A stretch of 64,000 nt of DNA. It comes from Methylotenera sp. (GTDB lineage Bacteria > Pseudomonadota > Gammaproteobacteria > Burkholderiales > Methylophilaceae). This document shows, one piece after another, positions 29,148-39,009 of this stretch; the stretch's first letter is position 1, and every line of letters begins with the position of its first letter. The translations under genes were made by a program, and so were the position numbers. The notes beneath the pieces were generated by a model. That model ran no database searches, was not told where the DNA came from, and saw only the letters and a list, made by a program, of their open reading frames with translations. Location of the stretch: positions 1,297-65,296 of the forward strand of contig JACMNP010000070.1 of the NCBI GenBank assembly GCA_014378495.1. The letters run 5' to 3'.

Positions 29148-30625
29148 ATCTTGCTATTTTTAATCGATTTGCTTGGTATAAACTTGCCTTACTCTTTGTA
29201 ATGAGTAGCCTCGCAATATTATTTGGTTTAATTGCAGTCACTGCTAATCCTATTTTTATTGGCTTAGCAGTTGGGTTGGTGGTCGGGCTATTTTTATTAA
29301 TGACGCCTAAAAAAGCTGTCTGGATAGTTATTGCATTTGGGTTAACTACACCAGCTTTGCTTGACCTAGCAGGCCATGGGGCTTCAAAAATATTATGGGC
29401 TATTTCCATGGTGGCATTACTATTATGGATTCCAAGCATACTCCATCTCTTTGAGCTAAACCCTGATGAAAATTCAGTGAATAAAAAAAATCTTCCATTG
29501 TTTATTTGGATGGCTATTTTATTGGTGGTATATGCAACCGTTAGCAGTGTGTCTCACATGCATGGTGTTGGAGAGCTATTTGGAGGGTTCAAGCGTTATT
29601 TTCAAACATTTGGCTTAATGCTAGCTTTTGCTACATTAGCACTCTCTAGAAAAGATATTGATAAATGGCTCAAGCTTTTATTAGCTATTGCCCTATTACA
29701 GTTGCCTTTTGCGTTGTTTGAACGGTTTATATTAGTACCCCTGCGTGGTGGCTTAGCTTCTGGAGGTGAAGCAACAGATATCGTTGCAGGTACTATGGGC
29801 GCTAATTTAGCAGGTGGCAGTCCAAATGCAATTATGGTGACATTGATATTGATTGCATTCGCATTTGTTTTTTCGCGCTGGAAAGCTGGCCTGATCAATA
29901 CATCGCGCATACTTTGGTTAGGTATTATTTTATTGCTCCCGCTAATACTGGGAGAAACCAAAGTTGTAGTCATCATGCTTCCATTGATGGGTTTAGTTTT
30001 GCTACGCAAAGATATAGTGAAAAATCCTACAAAGTACTTACCAATACTAGCTATCCTATTCATATTTACAATTGCACTTGCTTATATATACGTTTACATC
30101 CTGTTAGATAGTAATTTTACTGATGCATTTTTAGTGACAGTCCAATACAACATTGAAGATGTTGGCTATGGCACATCGATACTTAATCGAACCACAGCTA
30201 TGAGTTTTTGGTGGAAGTTACACGGATGGCATGACCCAACTGCTCTACTATTTGGTCATGGCCTCGGAAGTTCTTATGGGGATGGTTTCGATGCAGGACA
30301 TATTGCCAAAAACTACCCCAACTATGGAATCAACCTCACAACTATCTCAACTTTACTATGGGATTTAGGCCTAGTTGGCCTTATTCTTTATATCAGTATT
30401 TTTATACTCACTTGGTTTCAACTTAGTAAAATCTGGAAGCTCACAGAAAGTGCGCAAGTAAAAGCAGACTGTATATCATTGCAGGTCGGCATTGCGGCTA
30501 CATTGTTATTCCTTATTTATTCTGATAGCCAAGTTAATTTACTTGTACATGAGATTATTATTTCTGTGATGTTAGGTTATGCGGCATTTTTGTATAAAGA
30601 GCAACAACTGAAGCCAGTTAACTAA
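29144..30625 (+). CDS. Wzy-like polysaccharide polymerase / O-antigen-ligase family membrane protein
   Basis: About 11-12 TMs; GETKVV, LLFGHGLGS and LLWDLGLVG motifs; EPS context. Confidence 0.7.
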   Translation: MNLAIFNRFAWYKLALLFVMSSLAILFGLIAVTANPIFIGLAVGLVVGLFLLMTPKKAVWIVIAFGLTTPALLDLAGHGASKILWAISMVALLLWIPSILHLFELNPDENSVNKKNLPLFIWMAILLVVYATVSSVSHMHGVGELFGGFKRYFQTFGLMLAFATLALSRKDIDKWLKLLLAIALLQLPFALFERFILVPLRGGLASGGEATDIVAGTMGANLAGGSPNAIMVTLILIAFAFVFSRWKAGLINTSRILWLGIILLLPLILGETKVVVIMLPLMGLVLLRKDIVKNPTKYLPILAILFIFTIALAYIYVYILLDSNFTDAFLVTVQYNIEDVGYGTSILNRTTAMSFWWKLHGWHDPTALLFGHGLGSSYGDGFDAGHIAKNYPNYGINLTTISTLLWDLGLVGLILYISIFILTWFQLSKIWKLTESAQVKADCISLQVGIAATLLFLIYSDSQVNLLVHEIIISVMLGYAAFLYKEQQLKPVN

Positions 30626-30641
30626 ACCTTAATATAAAGAT

Positions 30642-31859
30642 ATGCATCTACTTTTATTAACAAGTGAACAATGGCCGACTTTTAGAGCTGATTTAGCCAT
30701 ATTGTTTGGTAAATATCTACCCCGCCTTGGTGTTACTTGTGACTTGGTGACAGAGAAAAGCATAGCTTTTGGTAATGAAGCATATCAATCATGGGCAGCT
30801 GGTGATGCATTGTTGTGTGAAGTCCCCTCAAACCGTGCTGGACAATACATCGTTAAATTTTTACATCAATTCAAAGTATTAGTCACAATTGATTACAGAA
30901 AATATCAAGCAGTACAAGTTAGAGATATGACCATCATTGCTTTGGTCGCGATTGTTATGTGTAAGCTGAAGAAAAAATCATTTTATTATTGGCTTTCGTA
31001 TCCTCAATCAGAAGGTCAGATAGAACGTGCAAAAGCACGTGGTCCAAAAGCAGGTATGCGCTTTTGGTTTCCTTTAATGCAAGGCCTGATAGGTAAATGG
31101 TTGCTTTATAAAGTAATTCTACCTAACGCTAATCATATATTTGTACAAAGTCAAACTATGTTGGATATGATTGCGTATAAGGGAATTGCGATTGAAAAAA
31201 TGACACCTGTTCCTATGGGCGTAGATTTAGAAGCACTGCAGCATACACCTATATCCAGTGACAATCCCCTTTTGAAGGGTAAGCGCGTACTCGTTTACTT
31301 AGGTACGCTAGATCGAGTCCGCCAAATCAATATACTATTTAATATGTTGGTAATTGTTCGTGAAGAAATTCCTAACATACTACTTGTCCTCGCTGGTGAT
31401 ACAGAAGATGAGACGCATAGAGCATGGCTTAAGCATGAAGCACAGAGATTGGGCGTATCAGAGCAGGTAATCTGGACGGGGTGGTTGCCTATGCATGAAG
31501 CTTGGCGATATCTTGCTGTAGCAGAAATTGGCTTGTCGCCTTTCCCAAGAGGCTTTTTATTAGATATGGCTTCACCTACAAAAGCTGTTGAATACATGGC
31601 ATTTGGTTTGCCCGTAGTAGCCAATAATAATCCAGATCAAGCGAGAGTAATCCAAGAAAGTGATGCGGGTATTTGTGTTGAATTAATCCCTAAGTCATTT
31701 GCAAAGTCAGTAATATATTTACTTCATAACACGGCACAACGTTCTGAAATGGCTAAGAAGGGAAGAGCATACATTACAAAAAAACGTGGTTATGACAGTA
31801 TTTCTATTGCATTAGCGCAAAAATATCAGGAGTTATTAACTAAGAGTGTATCTATCTGA
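30642..31859 (+). CDS. Glycosyltransferase family 4
   Basis: VYLGTLDRVR, SPTKAVEYMAFGLPVVAN. Confidence 0.88.
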   Translation: MHLLLLTSEQWPTFRADLAILFGKYLPRLGVTCDLVTEKSIAFGNEAYQSWAAGDALLCEVPSNRAGQYIVKFLHQFKVLVTIDYRKYQAVQVRDMTIIALVAIVMCKLKKKSFYYWLSYPQSEGQIERAKARGPKAGMRFWFPLMQGLIGKWLLYKVILPNANHIFVQSQTMLDMIAYKGIAIEKMTPVPMGVDLEALQHTPISSDNPLLKGKRVLVYLGTLDRVRQINILFNMLVIVREEIPNILLVLAGDTEDETHRAWLKHEAQRLGVSEQVIWTGWLPMHEAWRYLAVAEIGLSPFPRGFLLDMASPTKAVEYMAFGLPVVANNNPDQARVIQESDAGICVELIPKSFAKSVIYLLHNTAQRSEMAKKGRAYITKKRGYDSISIALAQKYQELLTKSVSI

Positions 31860-31861
31860 TT

Positions 31862-32380
31862 ATGAGTAGTTTTCTAGATGATTTAAAAGTGTATAGAGAA
31901 GGTTTACTTGCACAAGGTTTTTGGGCATTACAGATTTATAGATTTGGACACGCCAGATTTCGATATAAGTCTAAATTTATACGTTGGCCTTGGGCAATTA
32001 TTCATACGCTCTTATCTAAAGTATCTGAAATATTTTTTGGTATATTTATTGGACCAAAAGCGGAAATTGGTCGTAGATTTTTGATAGAACATTTTGGCGC
32101 AATTGTCATACATGGAGGTTCAGTTATAGGAGACGATTGTAGTATTCGGCAAGGCGTGACTATTGGTAACCGTCAAACCAACGCGCCACTTGATGCACCA
32201 GTATTAGGCTCAAGAGTTAACGTTGGCGCGGGCGCGAAGTTGCTAGGCAATATCAGAATAGGTAATGATGTTGATATTGGTGCAAATGCAGTCGTTATCA
32301 ATGATGTACCAGCTAATCACATTGCAGTTGGAGTGCCGGCTAAAAACAAGCCAAAACATAACAAAAAAAGTCAATTGTAA
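31862..32380 (+). CDS. Serine-acetyltransferase-like left-handed beta-helix O-acetyltransferase (probably polysaccharide-modifying)
   Basis: Hexapeptide repeats (IGDDCSIRQGVTIG, NVGAGAKLLGNIRIGNDVDIGANAVV) and AVGVPA. Confidence 0.87.
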   Translation: MSSFLDDLKVYREGLLAQGFWALQIYRFGHARFRYKSKFIRWPWAIIHTLLSKVSEIFFGIFIGPKAEIGRRFLIEHFGAIVIHGGSVIGDDCSIRQGVTIGNRQTNAPLDAPVLGSRVNVGAGAKLLGNIRIGNDVDIGANAVVINDVPANHIAVGVPAKNKPKHNKKSQL

Positions 32381-32569
32381 GAATTAACTTTTATGCGACT
32401 TCTGTGTGTGATTGGAAAAATAACTAGAAGTAGTAAATTTTTTCAGGTTATTTTATAGTTTTACTCCTTATTAAAACCTGATTCAGGTCTCATTGCACTA
32501 AGCTAAATGGGGTTGCTTCATCCTTCTTAAATCATTTTTTAATATTGTTAAATACAAGTAAATATTTTG

Positions 32570-32728
32570 TAAGTAATTGATATTAAAGGATGCACTTTTG
32601 CATATCGACTGCTAAATTTAAGCAAGTTATACACACTATCTAAAGCTTTACATTAAGAATCTCAAAAAACTCTTGTAAATCAAGGGTCAGTTTTAACTTA
32701 TTGATTTTAATAGAATAATTATTTGATT
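32570..32728 (-). promoter_or_regulatory. Three perfect IHF core consensus sites (WATCAA-N4-TTR), all on the minus strand
   Basis: 32570-32582 TATCAAttacTTA; 32694-32706 AATCAAtaagTTA; 32716-32728 AATCAAataaTTA. Confidence 0.55.
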
Positions 32729-32927
32729 ACTATTTATACTGTTTTAAGAAATCCTTTATAAAACGGGATGTTACGAATTAATTTCACTCATAATCACAGA
32801 GTTATCCACAGATTTTGTGGAGAGTATTTTTGTATTCAGTAAATGATAAATTAGTCAATTAAATAATTTACTTTTGCTAACTTTTTAAAATTAATCATCA
32901 TTATATTTCGATCTGCAAAGTGAATAA
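32627..32927. promoter_or_regulatory. DnaA-box cluster
   Basis: TTATACACA 32627-32635 (+); weak ATAATCACA 32790-32798 (+); perfect TTATCCACA 32802-32810 (+); inverted CTCTCCACA 32816-32824 (-); TTATTCACT 32919-32927 (-). Confidence 0.55.
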
Positions 32928-32988
32928 GTCATATTTTCTAAATTGCAGACTAATCCAAGGATTTGAACCCCTGGGCTGATTTGCAAGC

Positions 32989-33032
32989 ATTAAGAAGAAT
33001 TATTTGATACTTATAAAATAATTCTTCTTAAT
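32989..33032. repeat. 17-bp perfect inverted repeat
   Basis: ATTAAGAAGAATTATTT-N10-AAATAATTCTTCTTAAT. Confidence 0.7.
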
Positions 33033-33178
33033 ATTATATTTGTAATAAAACTTTACTAACATAGATTCTGTGTTGCTAAAGGAATTTAGTAACTGTTTAT
33101 GTATATTTAGTTAAGGTTACAAATGGTTTCTAATGCTCATGATAATGCACTATATTTTTACATCTTCAGGATGTTGTT

Positions 33179-34114
33179 ATGCAGATAAGCACTGAAATTT
33201 CACCAAAATTTACTGTATTTACTCCAAGCTATAACCGTGCACATACTTTGCACAGAGTTTATGAAAGTTTAAAAGCGCAGTCATATAAGAACTTTGAGTG
33301 GCTTATAGTCGACGATGGTTCAACTGATGGTACCTATCATCTAATAGAGGAGTGGAAGAAAAACTCTTATTTCTCAATCGTTTATCTACAGCAACCTAAT
33401 TATGGTAAACATATTGCATTTAATCGTGGTGTTAAATTAGCTAAAGGAGAGTTCTTTCTCCCAATAGATTCTGATGATGCTTTTGTGCCTGATTCATTAG
33501 AGAAAATGTTGTATTGGTGGGAGTTAATTCCAGTATCTTTGCGCGTAAAATTTACTGGGATTGTCACTCTATGTCAATTTGAGAATGCACAAGTTTGTGG
33601 TGATTTATTTGCCGAACATCCTTTAGATACTAATGCTTTGGATTTACGATATAAATATAAAAAGCGCGGGGAATCATGGGGATTTCACCGCACGGACGTC
33701 CTCAAAAAATACCCTTTTCCAGAAGATATTTCTGTAAGGTTTATACCTGAAAATATCGTATGGGATGCTATAGCCAGCAAATATCAAATTCGTTGTATTA
33801 ATGAGCCGCTAAGAATATTTTACCAAGACTCTGGTAATCAAATTACTAAAGCGAGCCCTCATAAAAAAGCATTGGTGAAAGATTATTTTTTGCAAATGCT
33901 CAACCGAGATTTGCAGTACTTTAAGCATGACCCTAAAACCTTTATTAAGTGGGCTGTATTGTATGTGCGTTATAGCTTGCATGCTGGTGATGTCAATTTT
34001 ATGAGATTATCTAGGTATAAAAGCGTAGGGGCATTCGTACTTTGCTGTACGGCAATTGTGCCTGGAATAGCAGTTTTTTTCTTGGATAGTTTTCGTAAAG
34101 CTATCAATGTATGA
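33179..34114 (+). CDS. Glycosyltransferase family 2 (GT-A)
   Basis: FTVFTPSYNRAHTL, LIVDDGSTD, IDSDD (DxD motif). Confidence 0.92.
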   Translation: MQISTEISPKFTVFTPSYNRAHTLHRVYESLKAQSYKNFEWLIVDDGSTDGTYHLIEEWKKNSYFSIVYLQQPNYGKHIAFNRGVKLAKGEFFLPIDSDDAFVPDSLEKMLYWWELIPVSLRVKFTGIVTLCQFENAQVCGDLFAEHPLDTNALDLRYKYKKRGESWGFHRTDVLKKYPFPEDISVRFIPENIVWDAIASKYQIRCINEPLRIFYQDSGNQITKASPHKKALVKDYFLQMLNRDLQYFKHDPKTFIKWAVLYVRYSLHAGDVNFMRLSRYKSVGAFVLCCTAIVPGIAVFFLDSFRKAINV

Positions 34115-36447
34115 AAACTCAGTTGAAGAGTTCAGTATTCAAAAACTTATTCATTTCAATTTTGTGTTTTACTGCGGTCTTTAACACAACTGTCTGTTCC
34201 GCATTAGAAACCTGGGTACCGGTTAAAGATGTTTCTTTGATGGTGGAACCAGGCAGTATATTAGATTTTTCAAGTTTAATTTCTCCGCCTAAACCAATTG
34301 ATTCCCGCATTATCATTAATAGTCAGGGGCATTTTTCTTTAGAAAATCAGCCAGAAAAATCGCAACGATTTTTAGTAGGCTCCCTAGGCTTTGGTTCTTC
34401 TCTTGGCGGTTTTCCTAGCCATGATTTAACAGATCTCTATATTAAGCAATATCGGCTACATGGCTACAATATGGCGCGACTGGATTTCGTTGAGGCCACC
34501 TTAATGGAAGGCCGTCAAAAAGACTTTGATTTTAGTCCTGAACAGCTTGATCGATTTTATTACTTACTTGCGCAATTGAAAAGTAATGGTATCTATTACC
34601 TATTAAATGGCTTGAGCAATGATAACGGTGCATATGGAGATGTTACCGAACGTTGGATAGGTAATAAAGGGATGATTTCAGGGGTATATTTTGATGTAGA
34701 CAAACAGGCGCATTGGAAAAAGTTGATTGAAAGAATCTATGGCAGCACCAACCCTTATACGGGGGTTACAACGCTTAAAGACCCAGCTTTTGCAGGTATG
34801 ATTTTGGTGAATGAAGGTAATCTAGTATTTGTAAATCGTAATGGTGTAAAGCCTGAATTAAAACCTTATTTCTCGAAATGGCTTAAAACCAAATATGGCA
34901 GCAATAAAGCACTCAAAGCAGCTTGGGGAAATGAGCTACAAGCTGATGAAAATATTGAAATAAACCAAATAAATTTCCCAAAACCAGATGCTTGGACTTC
35001 ACACCGTATGTCTGATTTACAAGCATTTTTCTTTGATACCGAAAAAAAAACTGCAGACTGGATGACTCAATATGTGAGTACACTTGGGTTTAAAGGACAA
35101 GTAACCAGTTATAACTTATGGCATTCACCAGCAGCCCAAGCAATTCGTGGGCAATTTAAATGGGTTGATATGCACAACTATTTTGGTCACCCTGAATATA
35201 TTGGTTCACAGATGAAAGTGAGGCAAGATAGTATGCTGCAAAATGGCGCTAGCTACGTTAGAGAGCTGGCATCAGCAAAGCACTTGGGCAAGGCATTTAC
35301 AGTCACCGAGCATGGGCAAGTGTTTTGGAATCAATATCGCCGTGAGAATGGTTTGGCAATTCCAGCTTATGCAGCTTTGCAAAGTTGGGATGCCATTTGC
35401 CAGCACTCTGGCGCTGTAGATTTAAGTTATGCCCCTACAGTAGGCCGCAAAAATATTATTAATCCATTTGCAGTAGGTACAGATCCAATTTCACGTGCAA
35501 CAGAAACGCTTGCAGCATTATTGTATTTACGCGGTGATGTTGCTCCAGCGCTAAGTACCATTAGCATCAAATTAACGCCACAAGATGCTTTTGATAAAAG
35601 CGCACATCTAGGCAATACTCCAGCAGATGTATCTAAATTAAGTTTAGTAACAGGAATAGGGTTAGATTGGCAGCCTAAAGGGACACCAACTGCTAAACAG
35701 TTAAATTTTGATGCGGAAGTTGAGTTCAATGAACCAGGCATCAGCTCAAATAAGAATGGCGTAATTAAACAGGTTAAATCGACCCAAAACTTAGGTTTAA
35801 AACTGGATAATTTGGCTAAGCAATATGCTGGTGGTCTAGCCTATAAGTTTAGCAAAGTAAAAATGATTGCCGATGATCGCTGGTCAGCAAGAGTACAAAA
35901 CTTACGTAATGCGCAATTAATTAATACAGATAATTTAACTAATGCTGAACAAGGTATCTATCAAAGTGATACTGGTGAAGTTGTTTTAGATAGTGAGCAG
36001 AAACGGATGACGGTAATTACTGCCAAAACCGAGGCCGTTGTATTTGATCAGCCATCGACAATTAACCTCAGGCAGCTTTTAGTTTTATCTGCCAATGCAG
36101 CTGCACTCGTGGCGGTATCGGCCATGGATAATCTACCATTAGCAACCAGCAAACGCATGTTAGTCGTGCTATCCACCGACGCTCGAAATACTAATATGCG
36201 TTTTAGTGATGTTGAACAAACCACTTTACTTGATTTGGGCAGAAGCCCCGTTTTAATTCGATCAACCAAGGTGAAACTAGCACTAAGAAATACCAATAGA
36301 AACCTCCTTAAAGTTTTTTCAACCAATTTAAGAGGCCAGCGACAAGATGCCATAAATGTGAAACAAACTGACACTAGTATTGAGTTCGAGTTAGACATCA
36401 GCAAATTAACGCATGGTGCAACTACTTATTTTGAAATTAGTGTCTAG
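34111..36447 (+). CDS. Exported clan GH-A glycoside-hydrolase-like protein
   Basis: Signal peptide; GYNMARL, QLDRFYYLLAQLKSNGIY, NPYTG, ILVNEG (acid/base Glu), DMHNY, FTVTEHG (nucleophile Glu). Confidence 0.72.
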   Translation: MKTQLKSSVFKNLFISILCFTAVFNTTVCSALETWVPVKDVSLMVEPGSILDFSSLISPPKPIDSRIIINSQGHFSLENQPEKSQRFLVGSLGFGSSLGGFPSHDLTDLYIKQYRLHGYNMARLDFVEATLMEGRQKDFDFSPEQLDRFYYLLAQLKSNGIYYLLNGLSNDNGAYGDVTERWIGNKGMISGVYFDVDKQAHWKKLIERIYGSTNPYTGVTTLKDPAFAGMILVNEGNLVFVNRNGVKPELKPYFSKWLKTKYGSNKALKAAWGNELQADENIEINQINFPKPDAWTSHRMSDLQAFFFDTEKKTADWMTQYVSTLGFKGQVTSYNLWHSPAAQAIRGQFKWVDMHNYFGHPEYIGSQMKVRQDSMLQNGASYVRELASAKHLGKAFTVTEHGQVFWNQYRRENGLAIPAYAALQSWDAICQHSGAVDLSYAPTVGRKNIINPFAVGTDPISRATETLAALLYLRGDVAPALSTISIKLTPQDAFDKSAHLGNTPADVSKLSLVTGIGLDWQPKGTPTAKQLNFDAEVEFNEPGISSNKNGVIKQVKSTQNLGLKLDNLAKQYAGGLAYKFSKVKMIADDRWSARVQNLRNAQLINTDNLTNAEQGIYQSDTGEVVLDSEQKRMTVITAKTEAVVFDQPSTINLRQLLVLSANAAALVAVSAMDNLPLATSKRMLVVLSTDARNTNMRFSDVEQTTLLDLGRSPVLIRSTKVKLALRNTNRNLLKVFSTNLRGQRQDAINVKQTDTSIEFELDISKLTHGATTYFEISV

Positions 36448-36449
36448 AT

Positions 36450-37661
36450 TTGGTACATGTGAGTTCCGCAAATAATTTTATTAAAAAAAGCCTTGCTATT
36501 ATTGTTCCTGAGTTGCTTCCAGTACCACCAGTGAAGGGTGGCGCTGTAGAGCATTGGGTGCATGAGGCATCTAGACGACTAAATCAAACCAAGTTTGATA
36601 TCAGTATTATCTCCCGCCCAGCTAATTCAACTGGCATTCAGGGGGTAAATTACATAGCTATTCCATGGACTAAAACTGAGCATTTTTTTTATCGATTAAA
36701 AGAAAATTTTAGTTGGCGCAATCCATTGCGGTATCTAGCAAAGATGCAGAATGTTGCATCGTATGGTTTTCGTATGGCGAGACTAGTAAGAAATTTTGAT
36801 CTAGTAGTGATACACAACGAACCAAACTTGTTGTTGTTCTTGAAGAGTAATTCACAACAAAAAATTACCTTGCATATGCACAACGAGCATTTATCAATGC
36901 GAATTTTTAGGCCATTTTATCGGATAGCATTAAAAAAAGTGGACAAGATAATCTGCGTGAGTGATTACATTCGAAAGAATGCCACACAAAATTTTCCTGA
37001 ATATGCACACAAATTTACGGTCTTGTTTAATGCTACCGATCCTAAAGTATTCATGCCATATGGTAAGGAAGCTTTGTTACAAGTTAAAGATGTTGTAGCT
37101 ATTGAGGAAGATAAAACCTACTTACTGTACGTTGGGAGATTAACTGAAATCAAGGGTGTGCATGTGCTCATCAAGGCTTTTGAGCAGATTAATTTACGTT
37201 TGCCAAATACAAGGTTGATTATTGCAGGTAGCTCTTTTTTTGAGGGCGCAACCAAAACGGTTTACGAACAACTTCTAGTTAAATTGGCAAAACCAACAAA
37301 TCAGAAGATTATTTTTACAGGTTATATCCCACACGAAAAGCTCAAATACTTATATTCTGCTGCGGACATTATTGTGCTTCCATCAATCTGGCAAGATCCG
37401 TGCCCCTTAGTAGTACTAGAAGCAATGGCTTCTGGTACTTGTTTGGTTAGTTCAGCAGTTGGGGGGGTACCAGAGGTTGTAGATAATGGCATTAATGCGC
37501 TATTGGTAGAGGCAGAAAATGTTGAAGCTCTGATGCAAGCCATTTGTAATATTTTAGCTAATCCATATGCGATGAATATGATGGAACTTGCCGCTCGCGA
37601 AAAGATTATTACCAAATACTCTTGGGAGCGACTTGTGGCTGAGTTAGAGGTAATGCTGTGA
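36450..37661 (+). CDS. Glycosyltransferase family 4
   Basis: PVPPVKGGAVE, YVGRLTEIKGVH, PLVVLEAMASG; TTG start is uncertain. Confidence 0.88.
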   Translation: MVHVSSANNFIKKSLAIIVPELLPVPPVKGGAVEHWVHEASRRLNQTKFDISIISRPANSTGIQGVNYIAIPWTKTEHFFYRLKENFSWRNPLRYLAKMQNVASYGFRMARLVRNFDLVVIHNEPNLLLFLKSNSQQKITLHMHNEHLSMRIFRPFYRIALKKVDKIICVSDYIRKNATQNFPEYAHKFTVLFNATDPKVFMPYGKEALLQVKDVVAIEEDKTYLLYVGRLTEIKGVHVLIKAFEQINLRLPNTRLIIAGSSFFEGATKTVYEQLLVKLAKPTNQKIIFTGYIPHEKLKYLYSAADIIVLPSIWQDPCPLVVLEAMASGTCLVSSAVGGVPEVVDNGINALLVEAENVEALMQAICNILANPYAMNMMELAAREKIITKYSWERLVAELEVML

Positions 37662-37777
37662 TTAATTGCGGAATTCGTAATTTCCCTTCTATTTCTATTG
37701 TTGGGAAATACTATGCCAGCCACTAAGGTATTGGATGACAACCTTATTTTAGCAACAAAATTCAAAGTGAAATTTGC

Positions 37778-38884
37778 ATGATTGCTATCGTATATCCTCA
37801 ATTTTATGGTGTTGGTGGAATCGCCCGCTATTTGGACTCGTTTCTTTCTAACTTGCCGGCAGACCACCCAACCATTTATTTAATTACTGGTACCGAACAT
37901 AGAGTTGAACGTCGGTATTTAAATGTAGAGCTTATTCACTTATCTTTTAACTCAACTCGTTTTAATCTATTTTCCTGGTCTTTTAAAGTTCGTAAAATAT
38001 TAAATCAACTTTATAAACAAAGAAAAATTAAATACGTCAATCTCCATATACCGCCGCTAATTCCAGGGCTATTTATGCCGAGACATATTCCACTTATATT
38101 GACCGCACACACCACTTATATTGGAATGTCTGGCAAATATTATGAAACACAGTACTCTGAAAGTCAGTGGAATAGTTTAGAAATTAATTTTAAGTTGTGG
38201 CTTGAAACTCGTTTGTTTAAACAGGCAGTAAAAATTATTACATTAACCGAGCAAGGCAAGCAGGAATTACTTACTTACGGAATAAATAAGGCGGTTGAAA
38301 TTATTCCGAATGGTGTCGATACGTCATCATTTAATCAAGATCACACTGTAATCAAAGATTACGATGTGATATTTTGTGGGCGTATTGAGCGACGTAAAGG
38401 AAGCAGGGCAATGGTGGAAGTATGCAAAATGCTTATCCATGAAAAAAAGGATATTCGTATTTTGATTGTAGGTTACGGCGATGACGATGTGTGGGTAAAG
38501 ACACAACTGGAGTTATATAGCAGTAACATTAATTTGACTGGCAAAGTAAGTTTTTCTGAAATGCAGTTTTATTATCAAAGAAGCAAATTATATGTTTCTA
38601 CATCTTATTACGAAGGTTTACCAGGTACTTGTTTAGAGGCAATGGCAACGGGTCTGCCTGTAGTTGCATGGGATTTTTTATTTTATAGAGGCCTAGTTGA
38701 GCAGGGTGAAACAGGTTATTTGGTTAAACCGAATAACATCCGCGAAATGTCGGAAAAAATTATAAATCTATTAGTTGATTCACAAAAATTTAATTACCTT
38801 CAAGGTAAAACAAGAGAGCATATTGAGAGAAATTTTAATTGGGAAAAATTATCTAGAGCAATCTTACAGACTTTTAATCGTTGA
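37778..38884 (+). CDS. Glycosyltransferase family 4
   Basis: GGIARY, IPNGVD, GRIERRKG, YEGLPGTCLEAMATG. Confidence 0.9.
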   Translation: MIAIVYPQFYGVGGIARYLDSFLSNLPADHPTIYLITGTEHRVERRYLNVELIHLSFNSTRFNLFSWSFKVRKILNQLYKQRKIKYVNLHIPPLIPGLFMPRHIPLILTAHTTYIGMSGKYYETQYSESQWNSLEINFKLWLETRLFKQAVKIITLTEQGKQELLTYGINKAVEIIPNGVDTSSFNQDHTVIKDYDVIFCGRIERRKGSRAMVEVCKMLIHEKKDIRILIVGYGDDDVWVKTQLELYSSNINLTGKVSFSEMQFYYQRSKLYVSTSYYEGLPGTCLEAMATGLPVVAWDFLFYRGLVEQGETGYLVKPNNIREMSEKIINLLVDSQKFNYLQGKTREHIERNFNWEKLSRAILQTFNR

Positions 38885-38900
38885 GAAGAAGTCATAAAAT

Positions 38901-38955
38901 AATTACCAATAGGACTATATCCATTCATTAAACTGCAAAGACTTTTACTTAACAT
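38901..38955 (+). promoter_or_regulatory. Composite promoter of the PEP-CTERM gene pair: partial palindrome, pho-like repeats and -10
   Basis: AATTACC-aata-GGACTAT (38901-38918); CATTCAT-taaa-CTGCAAA (38922-38939); 10 bp; TAACAT (38950-38955). Confidence 0.4.
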
Positions 38956-39009
38956 AAAAATTAGATATGAATTTCTTTACGTAATTTTTATAAATAAGAG
39001 AGTGATTGA

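Noticed and set aside
32381-33178. Possible chromosomal oriC
   Set aside because: No origin-associated genes (dnaA, gidA, parAB) nearby, few strong boxes, and no evident DUE or GATC cluster; kept only as a DARS/datA-like candidate.
37659-37781. GT4 frame stays open for 39 codons past its TGA and ends overlapping the next ATG (readthrough or premature stop?)
   Set aside because: The GT-B fold already appears complete at YSWERLVAEL, so an open stretch of this length is plausible by chance.
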